From a virus: DNA of 64,000 bases. Shown here piece by piece: positions 63,549 through 64,000 of the stretch (position 1 is the first letter of the stretch; the number at the start of each line of letters is the position of its first letter). Location of the stretch: the IMG/VR virus record IMGVR_UViG_3300009073_000004; one strand, 5' to 3'. Position numbers and translations under genes: made by a program. The notes beneath the pieces are model-generated. The model was not told the DNA's origin. It saw only the letters and a list, made by a program, of their open reading frames with translations, and did not search any database.

Positions 63549-63959
63549 TCATAACAGATCAAGGCGGTTTGGAGCAATCATATCCGCTGCCGCCTTGGCT
63601 TCTCTCATCTCATCATCGTTGGCATACCGATTGAAGTGGCATCGGGTATGTCCCGGCCCGGTCCAACAGACACGAGGCTTGCCGTAGATGGAAGAAGGCG
63701 ACCAGAGGACGTATCTCCATTGATGGGTGTCGACATAGGGGATCTTCGCAACAACCACCCAGAGGGCGTAATAGCCGGTCAGGAAGCGCCCACCACGTTC
63801 TCTCCATACTCGCCAGTCTTTATGGCCGTCATACCAGCTGGAAGCCGGGTATGTGCATTCGACCACATCTCCGACCATAGGCATGTAGCATCCGCCGACG
63901 AAAGCTTTGGGATCGAAATCTTCCATCAGCTGAGCTTCGCATTCTTCAGCTTCAGCCAA
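63549..63959 (-). CDS. hypothetical protein (136 aa; TTG start in the track, first ATG at 63926)
   Basis: ORF track. It is convergent with vRNAP and is presumably the last gene of the minus-strand middle operon, which continues beyond the right edge. Confidence 0.5.
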   Translation of the reverse strand: MAEAEECEAQLMEDFDPKAFVGGCYMPMVGDVVECTYPASSWYDGHKDWRVWRERGGRFLTGYYALWVVVAKIPYVDTHQWRYVLWSPSSIYGKPRVCWTGPGHTRCHFNRYANDDEMREAKAAADMIAPNRLDLL

Positions 63960-64000
63960 GGTGAGATATGACCTTTGGCATATGTCACAGATATGTTTGG

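Overview
This window holds most of an N4-like (Schitoviridae-type) podophage genome, apparently circularly permuted. I found no tRNA, rRNA, CRISPR array or integrase. All product calls come from hand-read motifs and N4 synteny, with no database search.

Minus strand, about 29.3 kb down to nt 1:
- An early region of small ORFs sits behind conserved GC-stem/GTTA-loop hairpins, which are candidate virion-RNAP promoters.
- Middle and replication genes follow: a split T7-like RNAP II (two subunits, 1.75 kb apart), a MoxR AAA+/vWA pair, dCTP deaminase, an Endo VII-family nuclease, a dNMP-kinase::ThyX fusion, class II RNR and a Dda/RecD-like helicase.
- The first 594 codons of a family A DNA polymerase run off the left edge. 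This gene is absent from the ORF track because its stop lies outside the window.

Plus strand, 35.7 to 63.5 kb, holds the late module in N4 order gp69 to gp50:
- terminase
- lysis cassette (holin, GH108 muramidase)
- portal
- acidic scaffold-like protein
- major capsid protein
- five virion proteins
- a 3,510-aa virion RNA polymerase with T7-like motifs A, B and C

Between the two modules lie:
- a structured non-coding block (29345-29601) with a palindrome, direct repeats and 14-bp iterons, probably the physical genome end
- a small plus-strand gene
- two perfect tandem DnaA boxes
- a 41-nt homopurine tract
- a 1,812-aa collagen/LamG 'beads-on-a-string' fibre gene on the minus strand

Other points of interest:
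- a GC-rich lipoprotein + serine-protease insertion
- a Zn-module + DUF4326 fusion on the RNAP II small subunit
- Lar-like and acidic anti-restriction candidates
- apparent GATC enrichment

All the long ORFs lying opposite these genes whose frame I checked are codon-aligned shadows of them.
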